A stretch of DNA of 45,492 nt, taken from NCBI GenBank assembly GCA_043812655.1, contig JBDRLW010000001.1, positions 1-45,492 of the forward strand. Direction: 5' to 3'. The translations under genes and the position numbers were made by a program. Of the stretch, positions 37,276-45,492 are shown in pieces (position 1 is the stretch's first letter; each line of letters opens with the position of its first letter). Source of the DNA: a bacterium (GTDB taxonomy: Bacteria; Margulisbacteria; WOR-1; O2-12-FULL-45-9; XYB2-FULL-48-7). The notes under the pieces were generated by a model. That model was not told where the DNA came from, made no database searches, and was given only the letters and a program-made list of their open reading frames with translations.

Positions 37276-38301
37276 ATGATGACCATTACAAATCCAATTG
37301 GCCCAATTCGGCAAAGACTCGCGGCTAGTAAACTTAATTATACAAACATTCCTCCAGGCACTGTTTTCCCTAAAAAGCTGACGGTCCAAAAAAAAATCGC
37401 CGACGGCGGCATGTCAAGTGTTTATTTAGCTCATGACACAAGCCAGCGACCAGTCGTAATTAAAGTAACAAACAATGGTGAGATTTTTCATGTCCAGGCT
37501 TTAAGACAAGAAGTCGAAGTGCTATCTCTTTTCACTAGTCGCCCGATCTCCAAAATATTTAATCGTTTCCTTAATCGGAGAGCACCATTTCCTGACCTTT
37601 ATGATTCAAACGTTAACGATGAAAAAGCTTTTGGCGGTTTACGCTACGTCGCCTTAGAATATATTCCCGGTGAAACATTGAATAACATTATTGCCGGCCA
37701 TGAAAATATCCCATTGCACAAAGCGATTGAAATTGCGATGCAGCTTTGTGGTTTACAAGCATTACATGAACAAAACTATGTCCATCGCGATATTAAGCCG
37801 GAAAATATAATCATCAACAATGAAACAGGCGCCCACATTATCGATTTTGGTGTTAGCTGCCGCACCGGACACCGAGATAAAAGGGACTTAGTTGTCGGGA
37901 CGCCTTCTTACATGTCCTCTGAACTTTCATTGGCTAGATTCGCGGCGCCAAGATCAGATATTTATTCTCTTGGCTTGGTCCTTTATGAAATGATCAGTGG
38001 TGATAATCCTATGCGGCATGACAACCATCAGCAAGCCTTAAATAATCAGCAAGAAAAACCTTTACCGAAACTAGAGATCACTGAACGAATTAGATCGGAC
38101 AAAAGAGATGAATTCATCAATACAGTAGGAGAACTCCAAACATTACTCAATGATTTAATCGGAAAAATGACCGAAAAACAACGCAGTAAACGCTTTAAAA
38201 GCCTCAAGCCTGTTGAGACTCTTTTGCTCCGTGCGCATGTTTTAGCCTTAACCTTTAAACATTACGAAAAGCGGATAAAACAATCTTTTCCCCACGAATA
38301 A
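37276..38301 (+). CDS. Hanks-type Ser/Thr protein kinase, soluble
   Basis: IADGGMSSVYLA, VVIK, HRDIKPEN, DFG, GTPSYMSSE and SDIYSLG; no TM or sensor domain seen. Confidence 0.93.
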   Translation: MMTITNPIGPIRQRLAASKLNYTNIPPGTVFPKKLTVQKKIADGGMSSVYLAHDTSQRPVVIKVTNNGEIFHVQALRQEVEVLSLFTSRPISKIFNRFLNRRAPFPDLYDSNVNDEKAFGGLRYVALEYIPGETLNNIIAGHENIPLHKAIEIAMQLCGLQALHEQNYVHRDIKPENIIINNETGAHIIDFGVSCRTGHRDKRDLVVGTPSYMSSELSLARFAAPRSDIYSLGLVLYEMISGDNPMRHDNHQQALNNQQEKPLPKLEITERIRSDKRDEFINTVGELQTLLNDLIGKMTEKQRSKRFKSLKPVETLLLRAHVLALTFKHYEKRIKQSFPHE

Positions 38302-39424
38302 TTCTTAAGGCATCGGCGGCCAAAAACAAAGAGCCGGTCATTATCCTGTCTTTTCCTTTCGTCATCGCCAAAGCCTTTTTCAAAGCGATCGGCTTTAAGC
38401 CTGCAACCTCTTCCGCCGAGTTGTGGTGAGATGACCGGACAGCAATTATCTCTTTAGCAAGGGGTTTTATTAAGCGGATCATTTTTTTTGCATCTTTATC
38501 TTTCTGCACTCCCACAATAAAACTAAATTTCTTTTCTCCAAACTCCCGACTCAATCCTCCTATCAATGACCTCACCCCCGCCGGATTATGCGCCCCATCA
38601 ACGATCGTTAAAGGTTTTTTGCTTACGACCTGAAACCTTGCCGGCCAGATAACTTTGCGAAAACCAGCCTTAATATTATTCCGTGATACTTTTATCCCGG
38701 CCGCTTTGATCGCTTCTACCGCGCAGGCAGCGTTGATTTTCTGGTGAGCGCCAGTCAGGGGCATAGTTGGGAGTGCGGAGCTCGGAGTTGGGATAAAAAT
38801 AATCGCGTTGTTTCTTTGGGCATATTTTTTTATGACACTTAGTGGTTCTTTTTTTATTTCTGCTGTCACGACCGGAACGCCAGGCTTAATAATTGCGGCC
38901 TTTTCAGCGGCGATCTTGGCCAACGTATCACCCAGGATCGCCGTATGTTCCAGATCGATATTAGTTATAACTGAAACCAGTGGCGTAATTACATTAGTCG
39001 CATCCAGCCGCCCACCCATCCCCACTTCAATTACCGCGTAATCCACTTTCTTCTTGGCAAACCACCAAAAGGCCACGGCGGTCAACACTTCGAAGACAGT
39101 TGGTTGGTCGGTTAGTTGATTGGTTTGTTGGCGAATCAGCTTTAACCCTTCATTCAATTCCTTTTTCGAAATATCTCGCCCATTTATTTTGAAACGCTCG
39201 GTGTAATCAAAAAGATGGGGGGAAGTATAAAGGCCAACCTTGTATCCAGCTTCTTTTAGAATTGAGGCGATCATAGAGCAGGTCGACCCCTTGCCGTTCG
39301 TCCCCGCCACATGGATCGACTTAAATTGATTTTGGGGATTGCCTAGGTTCTCAAGCAAAAAACTTATCCGCTCTAAACCAAGATTGATACCAAACTTTTC
39401 TAGTGAGGCTAAATATTTTTCCAT
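38255..39424 (-). CDS. folC: Folylpolyglutamate synthase/dihydrofolate synthase
   Basis: HVAGTNGKGS, YTSPHL, EVGMGGRLDATN and DGAHNP. Confidence 0.97.
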   Translation of the reverse strand: MEKYLASLEKFGINLGLERISFLLENLGNPQNQFKSIHVAGTNGKGSTCSMIASILKEAGYKVGLYTSPHLFDYTERFKINGRDISKKELNEGLKLIRQQTNQLTDQPTVFEVLTAVAFWWFAKKKVDYAVIEVGMGGRLDATNVITPLVSVITNIDLEHTAILGDTLAKIAAEKAAIIKPGVPVVTAEIKKEPLSVIKKYAQRNNAIIFIPTPSSALPTMPLTGAHQKINAACAVEAIKAAGIKVSRNNIKAGFRKVIWPARFQVVSKKPLTIVDGAHNPAGVRSLIGGLSREFGEKKFSFIVGVQKDKDAKKMIRLIKPLAKEIIAVRSSHHNSAEEVAGLKPIALKKALAMTKGKDRIMTGSLFLAADALRIIRGEKIVLSAFRNV

Positions 39425-39436
39425 TATTTTTTACCA

Positions 39437-39472
39437 CCCCTCTCCCCCAGGGAGAGGAGCCGGGGGTGAGGG
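39437..39472. repeat. Intergenic partial copy of the REP-like family found in hemW
   Basis: CCCCTCTCCC-CCA-GGGAGAGG...GGGGTGAGGG. Confidence 0.8.
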
Positions 39473-39475
39473 CTT

Positions 39476-40057
39476 TTAAGTAATTAATTTATACAAGAAG
39501 TTGATTATTTCCATCAAGATCGGCGAACCAAAGGTAATTATAAACAATAAAATTATAAAACCATATTGTTGCATCCGATATAACCCCTCTAATTGATGGG
39601 CCGGCAGGAAATATTCAAGGATATGCGAACCATCGAGCGGGGGGATCGGAATTAAATTAAAAACCCCCAGTGAAAGGTTGATCCAAATAGCATAAGTAAA
39701 CATCATGGCAATATACGGATCGATCATCGGTACGTTACGTAGAATAACGGCCAATATCCAAGCAAATAGAAAATTGGAAAAAGGCCCGGCTAGACTAACT
39801 AAAAGCGAGCCTTGCCGCGGATTTTGAAAATTATAAGGATTGATCGGCACTGGCTTAGCCCAACCAAAACGGACCAAGACCAGCATTAGCAGACCGATCG
39901 GGTCGATATGCGAAATAGGGTTTAAAGTTAAGCGTCCGGCTAACCTCGGGGTTGGATCCCCTAGCCTATCCGCCACCAAAGCGTGGGCAAATTCATGGAC
40001 CGTTATCACTGCAAGTAAGATCGGCAACGAAACGATCAAAAAACTTATGTCAAACAT
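39476..40057 (-). CDS. Site-2 protease (peptidase M50)
   Basis: HEFAH, GRLTLNP, AGPFSN and FNLIPIPPLDG. Confidence 0.95.
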   Translation of the reverse strand: MFDISFLIVSLPILLAVITVHEFAHALVADRLGDPTPRLAGRLTLNPISHIDPIGLLMLVLVRFGWAKPVPINPYNFQNPRQGSLLVSLAGPFSNFLFAWILAVILRNVPMIDPYIAMMFTYAIWINLSLGVFNLIPIPPLDGSHILEYFLPAHQLEGLYRMQQYGFIILLFIITFGSPILMEIINFLYKLIT

Positions 40058-40067
40058 TTTTTACCTC

Positions 40068-40943
40068 CTACGCCCTTGGATGGGCCTTCAGATACATTTT
40101 CTTTATTCTATCACGCGAGACCGAAGTATAGATCTGGGTCGTCGCGATATCAGAATGACCCAGCATCTCTTGGACCGACCGCAGATCAGCCCCTTTTTCA
40201 AGTAGATGGGTAGCGAATGAATGCCGTAAAGTGTGGGGCGAAGTTTTGGCCTTGATCCCCTGTTTTTTAACGTACTTTTTTATGATCAGCCATAAACCTT
40301 GGCGGCTTAATCTTTTACCATCCTTATCCAGGAAAAGTGCTTCGTTATCTTTTTTAGGGAGCTCGGAGCGCCCTTTTTCCAAATATTCCTTTAATGAATC
40401 AAGGGCTGACTGGCCGATCGGCACAACCCGCTCTTTTGACCCTTTACCTAAACAACGGATAAAAGAGACGGCAAAATTGATGTCGGAAATATTCAAGGAA
40501 ACTATTTCGGAGGCTCGCAGTCCTGTAGCGTAAAGAAATTCCAGGAGCGCGTTGTCACGCAGTGAAAGAGGGTCTTTGGCCCGGGGCGAAGAAATTAAAC
40601 GGAGCGTTTCGCCGATCGTCAACGCTTTAGGCAAGCGCTTAGCCTTTTTCGGTAATTTAAAATCAACCGTTGGATCGATCTTTACTTCATCCTCGCCTAT
40701 TAAATAATGAAAGAACGATTTTAAGCTGGCCATTTTCCTCTCGATCGAAGGGACAGAAAAACCTTTCTCGTTCAAGTGGTCAAGATAATCCTTGATCTTC
40801 TCCCTGGCAATTAAATTAGCCGAATCAGCTTTGGCAAATTTGGCAAATTGCCGAAGGTCATGGTCGTAGGAGAGAAGAGTGTTTTGGGAATACCCCCTTT
40901 CAACATGGAGGTAGCTAATAAAGTTTTTAATCTGCTCTTTCAT
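40068..40943 (-). CDS. xerD: Site-specific tyrosine recombinase XerD
   Basis: YATGLRASE, GKGSKERVVP, HTLRHSFATHLL and LGHSDIATTQIY. Start moved to ATG 40943. Confidence 0.92.
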   Translation of the reverse strand: MKEQIKNFISYLHVERGYSQNTLLSYDHDLRQFAKFAKADSANLIAREKIKDYLDHLNEKGFSVPSIERKMASLKSFFHYLIGEDEVKIDPTVDFKLPKKAKRLPKALTIGETLRLISSPRAKDPLSLRDNALLEFLYATGLRASEIVSLNISDINFAVSFIRCLGKGSKERVVPIGQSALDSLKEYLEKGRSELPKKDNEALFLDKDGKRLSRQGLWLIIKKYVKKQGIKAKTSPHTLRHSFATHLLEKGADLRSVQEMLGHSDIATTQIYTSVSRDRIKKMYLKAHPRA

Positions 40944-41463
40944 TAATATACTGGTCGGCAAGCATGATGCCAATGATCGTCTTATTGTCTTTGATCTTCC
41001 CTTTTTTCACCAGATCGATACAGGTTTCAATATCAACGATCTCCACTTCCACAATTTCATCCTCATCGGTATTTTGTCCCATCATGTCTAGACCGGTCGC
41101 CAAGCAATAATGGATCATTTCGTCGGAATAACCAGGTGATGAGTAAGCGCCAAATAATTCTTTAACTTTGCTTGGCCGATAACCGGTCTCTTCTTCCAAT
41201 TCCCGTTTGGCAGCTGCCACCAACTTTTCCCCTTTTTTGGGAACGCCAGCCGGGATCTCCAGCACAGCTTCACCGGTTGGGTACCGGAATTGCTTAACTA
41301 AGACCAACTCATCTTCTTCGGTGATCGCGATGATCGCCACCGCTCCCGGATGTTCCACAACTTCCCTGGTCGTTTCAACGCCATTCTCCAACTTAACTTT
41401 ATCGAACCTTACCCCTAAAAGGCGGCCGTCAAAGATCCGTTTTGAACTTATTTTCTTTTCCAC
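40927..41463 (-). CDS. nudF: NUDIX hydrolase (ADP-ribose pyrophosphatase-like)
   Basis: REVVEHPGAV, QFRYP and EIPAG...AAKRELEEETG. Confidence 0.85.
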   Translation of the reverse strand: MEKKISSKRIFDGRLLGVRFDKVKLENGVETTREVVEHPGAVAIIAITEEDELVLVKQFRYPTGEAVLEIPAGVPKKGEKLVAAAKRELEEETGYRPSKVKELFGAYSSPGYSDEMIHYCLATGLDMMGQNTDEDEIVEVEIVDIETCIDLVKKGKIKDNKTIIGIMLADQYINERAD

Positions 41464-42563
41464 TCCACCGCCTCCTTTAAAATATTTAAGATCATTTCCG
41501 TCCCGCGGACCAGATCGGCGACTTTTATTTGTTCCCGTTTGGTGTGGACATGATCGGCCCCTACCCCCAAGATCAAACAGGGAATGCCCAGACCATTAAA
41601 AATATTGGCATCAGATCCCCCGCCAGTTTCCCTGATGACCGGCGTAATCCCCATTCCTTTCATCCCGGCCATGACGAGAGACATTATTTTATTCTTCTTT
41701 TTGATCTCAAAAGATTTATATGCTTCTTTAATTTCCAGCCGCAGTTTAGCCGAATGTTTTTTAGTCGCGCGGACCAAGGTCTGTTTCATTTGGGCCACTT
41801 GCCGCGCCAGTTTTTTGGGGTCATGGCTCCTGGCTTCACCTTTTAAAAACACCTCATCGGGGATAATATTGGTCGCTTTTCCTCCCTGGATAATGCCGAT
41901 GTTAGCTGTTGTTTCACTATCGATCCGTCCCAGTTTCATCGCGGCGATCGCTTCACTGGCAACTTTGATCGAGTTGATCCCGTCTTCCGGGTGGATCCCG
42001 GCGTGGGCCGCCTTACCAATAATAGTAGCGGTTATATTTTGCTGTGACGGGGCTTTATTAACAATTTTATCGATATCGCCGCCATCAAGGACCAAGCCAA
42101 GATCAGCTTTTAAATATTTGGCGGGGATCGCTTTAGCGCCTACCAATCCGAGCTCTTCGGCCACAGTAAAAACCACGCGAAGGGGTGGATGTTTAATTTT
42201 CTTTTCTTTTAAATTCCGCAGTATTTCCAGGATCGCCGCTACGCCGGCTTTATTATCGGCACCCAAGATCGTTGAACCGTCGGAATAAATGTAGCCTTTT
42301 TTTTCGATCGGTTTAATGTTCTTCCCGGGGCCAACCGTATCGATGTGGGCATTGAGCAAAATGACCGGCCCTTTTTCTCCGGGCAGAGTTGTTATTAAAC
42401 TACCGACTTCCCCACTTTTTAACTTCCCCACTTCGGTAAACGGCAAGCCTAGGGCGCGAAGTTCTTTTTGTACATACGCCGCCGCTTTCTTTTCTTGGAG
42501 AGAAAGACTTTCTATTTTAACCAGTGCTTTAAATGCGTTTATTAAGCGTCGCTCGTTGATCAT
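41448..42563 (-). CDS. M20 family peptidase (peptidase T-like)
   Basis: AHIDTV, LGADNKAG, EELG, GGGSDAN and HT motifs. Confidence 0.9.
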   Translation of the reverse strand: MINERRLINAFKALVKIESLSLQEKKAAAYVQKELRALGLPFTEVGKLKSGEVGSLITTLPGEKGPVILLNAHIDTVGPGKNIKPIEKKGYIYSDGSTILGADNKAGVAAILEILRNLKEKKIKHPPLRVVFTVAEELGLVGAKAIPAKYLKADLGLVLDGGDIDKIVNKAPSQQNITATIIGKAAHAGIHPEDGINSIKVASEAIAAMKLGRIDSETTANIGIIQGGKATNIIPDEVFLKGEARSHDPKKLARQVAQMKQTLVRATKKHSAKLRLEIKEAYKSFEIKKKNKIMSLVMAGMKGMGITPVIRETGGGSDANIFNGLGIPCLILGVGADHVHTKREQIKVADLVRGTEMILNILKEAVEWKRK

Positions 42564-43585
42564 TTGAAGTGTTCATACCCTCCCGATTTCAACCTTTTAA
42601 TTTTACCACGCTTATCGATTAGTTTTACGCCAAACTGTTTATTAACAATCTCGCCAACAACAGTAAAACCTTTTTTACTAACCAACTCACCAATGGCTCG
42701 ACAAGACTTCGACGAGCTCAGTCGAGTCGCTCGCCATTCCAGCCATTCCGAGCACTGCCGAGGAACTAACAAACTATCAGACTTGCCCCTCACCGTAAAC
42801 ACCAGCTCATATTCCTCCCCCCCATATAAAGCCTGATCCAAAGTCGCTCCTTTGGCTATCGGCACCTGGGCCTCGTAAATCTTAGCCCCCACTCCGCTCG
42901 CTTTGCAGATCTCAAGTACGGAGCGAACTAAACCGTCGGAGCTGTCTATCATCGCCGTAGCCATCCGCGATTTCGCGATCATTCGAGCTTCCTGTGTTCT
43001 ACTTTCTACGCTCCACGTTCTACTATCATACTTTTTAGATGCCGGTCTTCCAAATTTGCCTGTCACGCAAATCAAATCCCCAACCTTGGCAGTCGAACGT
43101 AAAAGCAAATTTTCTTTTTCAACTTCACCTAACAATGTAATCGAGACAACCATCGCTTTGGGTGACGAAACCGTATCCCCACCAACAATGTCTATTTTAT
43201 GTTTTTTAGCCAGAGAATTGATCCCGCGGTAAAGCTGGTCAACCTCTTCAACTTTGATGGTTCTGGGCAAACCGACAGTAACTAAAGCGTGAGTTGGCCA
43301 TCCTCCCATCGCGGAAATATCCGAAATATTGGCAACCATGACTTTGCGTCCAAGATGATAAAAAATCGGTTTCCTCCCATTTTTTGGGGGGATCTTGAAG
43401 TGAACTTTTTCAATGAAAGTATCAGTGGTAATTAATTGATATTTTGCTGGCCCCTGGTCCCTGGACCCTGGTCCCTTCAGTACCGCGCAATCATCCCCAA
43501 TCCCTACAACAGTACTAGGGCGCCGCTTTTCTTGCCTGGCAATCCGTTCAATGAGGCCAAATTCACCGATCCGTGAGAGTTCCAC
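42560..43585 (-). CDS. thiL: Thiamine-monophosphate kinase with repeat-derived insertions
   Basis: GEFGLI, GIGDDCA, NISDISAMGG, GGDT, DSSDGL and GGEEYEL. Confidence 0.95.
   Translation of the reverse strand: MELSRIGEFGLIERIARQEKRRPSTVVGIGDDCAVLKGPGSRDQGPAKYQLITTDTFIEKVHFKIPPKNGRKPIFYHLGRKVMVANISDISAMGGWPTHALVTVGLPRTIKVEEVDQLYRGINSLAKKHKIDIVGGDTVSSPKAMVVSITLLGEVEKENLLLRSTAKVGDLICVTGKFGRPASKKYDSRTWSVESRTQEARMIAKSRMATAMIDSSDGLVRSVLEICKASGVGAKIYEAQVPIAKGATLDQALYGGEEYELVFTVRGKSDSLLVPRQCSEWLEWRATRLSSSKSCRAIGELVSKKGFTVVGEIVNKQFGVKLIDKRGKIKRLKSGGYEHFK
42692..42764. repeat. Nested palindromic repeat inside thiL, same family as in rsmE
   Basis: AATGGCTCGACAAGACTTCGACGAGCTCAGTCGAGTCGCTCGCCATTCCAGCCATTCCGAGCACTGCCGAGGA. 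Confidence 0.88.
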
Positions 43586-43727
43586 AAATATGATTATAAC
43601 ACAAGAAAAAAGCCGCGTTCTAACAGCAATGATTAATCTTTATTGTCTTTATTTATGCTGTCAAGAAAATCCGCTAAACTTTGTCCTTCATTTAATGCCT
43701 CAATTAAAGGCTTCGTAGCACCTAATC

Positions 43728-44153
43728 TCATAATCTTTCAACTGTTTTGGCTAAAGCCAAACACTCTTCTTGGGTTTGATTCCCGATATCTCCTTGACTA
43801 AAAGAACTAAGCATAGCCTCCAAACGATTTCCTTCTAGCGGGGTCAAGCCCTGCCTATCACTAAAAAGAGCTTCTTCCTGTCCAGACAATTGGGTTATAT
43901 TTGCTAGTCTATCGAGACGTAGAATAATAACTTTAGCATAATTCATATCAGGATTAAAATTTGTTGCGATTAATCCTTCGGCTGGATAATATTTTAATTG
44001 ATAGCCAGCTTCACGCAATTTATCTTTAACTTCCCTACGTTCCCTAAGATTTTTTGGTCGAACAAAATAATCACGTCCATTAAAAGAAACGCTTGAAGAA
44101 TTAGGGAAAGCAAAGCTTGCTGGCAACCCGACCCGTGCTCCAATATTTGGCAT
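43728..44153 (-). CDS. Orphan hypothetical protein
   Basis: 141-aa ORF with AAGGAG RBS. Confidence 0.65.
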   Translation of the reverse strand: MPNIGARVGLPASFAFPNSSSVSFNGRDYFVRPKNLRERREVKDKLREAGYQLKYYPAEGLIATNFNPDMNYAKVIILRLDRLANITQLSGQEEALFSDRQGLTPLEGNRLEAMLSSFSQGDIGNQTQEECLALAKTVERL

Positions 44154-44256
44154 AATAATTAATCTCCTTTCGTGCTCTAAATTATTTATCTTTACCTAAA
44201 ACAAATAATTTCACTTAAACTGAAATTATATTTATTTATACCCGAAGATAACTTAT

Positions 44257-44961
44257 ATGGTAAGGTCAATTAATTGTGTTGGTGGGAATCAAAGAAAACC
44301 ACCGGTGATCATTACTACTCATCCAAAATGCGCAAACTTACGCGGCCTGGCCCATATTACCATGGGAGCATTTAAGGAATTAGGTGGCTTTAGTTCTATG
44401 GGGGGTATTACTTTTGATGGGATAACTTCCGGCCGGACCGACCAGGTAATAACTAACATCCCTAGTGTTCTTGTCCGCGAACTATTTCCTGATAAAGTAA
44501 AAACCCATAGGGTCTATATCAGTTATAAACTTCTTTCTGCTTTAGCACAACACTTTGAGCTTGAGGAATCGCTAATAAACGGCTCCTTTTTTATAAAATC
44601 CCAAGGAGAATGGAGTGAAACTGGTAAAGTCGAAATCGCGCCAAGCTGGCAAGAATTAGTTGACCCAGAATGGAAAAATGATTTTTTTCAATGGATCCAA
44701 AACCCAAAAAAGCATCTTCTCCCAAATCCTTGTTCCTTCTCCTGGGGAACGATCGATAGAGGCTTCATGACCATGCCAGGAATGCTCCCTGCCATAAATA
44801 TTGGAGATAAAACTGAAGGGACACTTCAATTAACTTATGTCCAAACAACGAGACAGTGCTCTCTCCATGCGCTTTTTTCTCATCAGGGGAAACTTTTTGA
44901 TTTTCGAATAAATGCTAATAACCAAACAGTCGTTCTTGTAAGAAATAATTCTTTGCTCTAA
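44257..44961 (+). CDS. Orphan hypothetical protein
   Basis: 234-aa ORF divergent from 43728-44153. Confidence 0.65.
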   Translation: MVRSINCVGGNQRKPPVIITTHPKCANLRGLAHITMGAFKELGGFSSMGGITFDGITSGRTDQVITNIPSVLVRELFPDKVKTHRVYISYKLLSALAQHFELEESLINGSFFIKSQGEWSETGKVEIAPSWQELVDPEWKNDFFQWIQNPKKHLLPNPCSFSWGTIDRGFMTMPGMLPAINIGDKTEGTLQLTYVQTTRQCSLHALFSHQGKLFDFRINANNQTVVLVRNNSLL

Positions 44962-45492
44962 ACCACCAGCAAATGCGCGTTTTGCCTCAACCACTTCCTG
45001 GCCAGTTTATATTGCGGATAAAACAATTGGACTTTAGCCCAAAATCTCCTGGAATGATTTCTTTCTAAAATATGCGCTAACTCATGGATCACCACATAAT
45101 CGATGATCTGCGGTGGCGTAAGAATGAGCCGCCAGTTAAAATTAAGGTTCCCCTGCCCGGAACAAGAGCCCCAAACCCGGCGGCCGGAAGTTATTTTAAC
45201 ATTCTTAACTTCAACCCCGATCTTAAAAGCATATTGCTCGACTAACGGCTTAAGCGTCAAAAAAGCTTTTTTACGATAATATTCTTTTCCTTCCGATAAA
45301 GAGACCTGCGCCGCCTGGGCTTTTTGTTCTTTGGCAATCGCTTGATGTTTTTGGATCCACTCCCGTTTCTTTTCAATAAAATCGTGGATGATAGCTTCGT
45401 CTGCCCTGTGGGGAGCACGAACAATTAACATGCCTTCTCGGTCAATTTGCAGGGAGATCGTCCTTCTTCTGGAGCGGATTATTTTGTGGGTT
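44958..45492 (-). CDS. YgjP/DUF45 family zinc metalloprotease-like protein, 5' end beyond the window edge
   Basis: Frame is open to the window edge (IIRSRRRTISLQI...LIVRAP); WGSCS and DYVVIHELAH...NHSRRFW. Confidence 0.9.
   Translation of the reverse strand, partial: THKIIRSRRRTISLQIDREGMLIVRAPHRADEAIIHDFIEKKREWIQKHQAIAKEQKAQAAQVSLSEGKEYYRKKAFLTLKPLVEQYAFKIGVEVKNVKITSGRRVWGSCSGQGNLNFNWRLILTPPQIIDYVVIHELAHILERNHSRRFWAKVQLFYPQYKLARKWLRQNAHLLVV

Noticed and set aside
40068..40943. Second tyrosine recombinase as a mobile-element integrase
   Set aside because: XerD-type motifs and length, nudF-xerD housekeeping context, and no att repeats.
41584..42288. Long antisense ORFs (234 aa here; also 4504-5133 and 34315-34839)
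   Set aside because: They mirror well-supported genes on the opposite strand and show no independent motifs.

Overview
Bacterial chromosomal window, probably from a diderm. Membership of a Saganbacteria/WOR-1-like lineage is my impression from gene content, not something I demonstrated. The housekeeping backbone is dprA (partial), scpB-scpA-trpS-ftsI-holA, seven tRNAs, lepA-hemW-hrcA-grpE-dnaK-dnaJ-rsmE with a CIRCE element, rplY, mreBCD-mrdA, folC, an M50 protease, xerD, nudF, an M20 peptidase and thiL. Five accessory layers stand out. (1) A ~6.3 kb phage-satellite (PICI-like) element is integrated in tRNA-Ser(GCT), with att repeats, arm-type repeats, integrase, excisionase, small terminase, DUF3987 protein, a candidate origin and two Thr-rich lipoproteins. 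(2) A GIY-YIG gene is bracketed by tRNA-Ser(TGA) and a duplicated 5' fragment of that tRNA interrupted by two 19-nt hairpin units. (3) Four dispersed orphan genes, one a soluble Ser/Thr kinase, share a sigma-28-like upstream motif, and an orphan FliK-like/FlhB-like pair lies in the same window. (4) Palindromic repeats and 7/8-mer tandem repeats are inserted in frame in hemW, rsmE, thiL and folC. (5) A G11 tract lies in the promoter spacer of a surface lipoprotein gene. All family assignments come from reading motifs by eye; no database searches were run.
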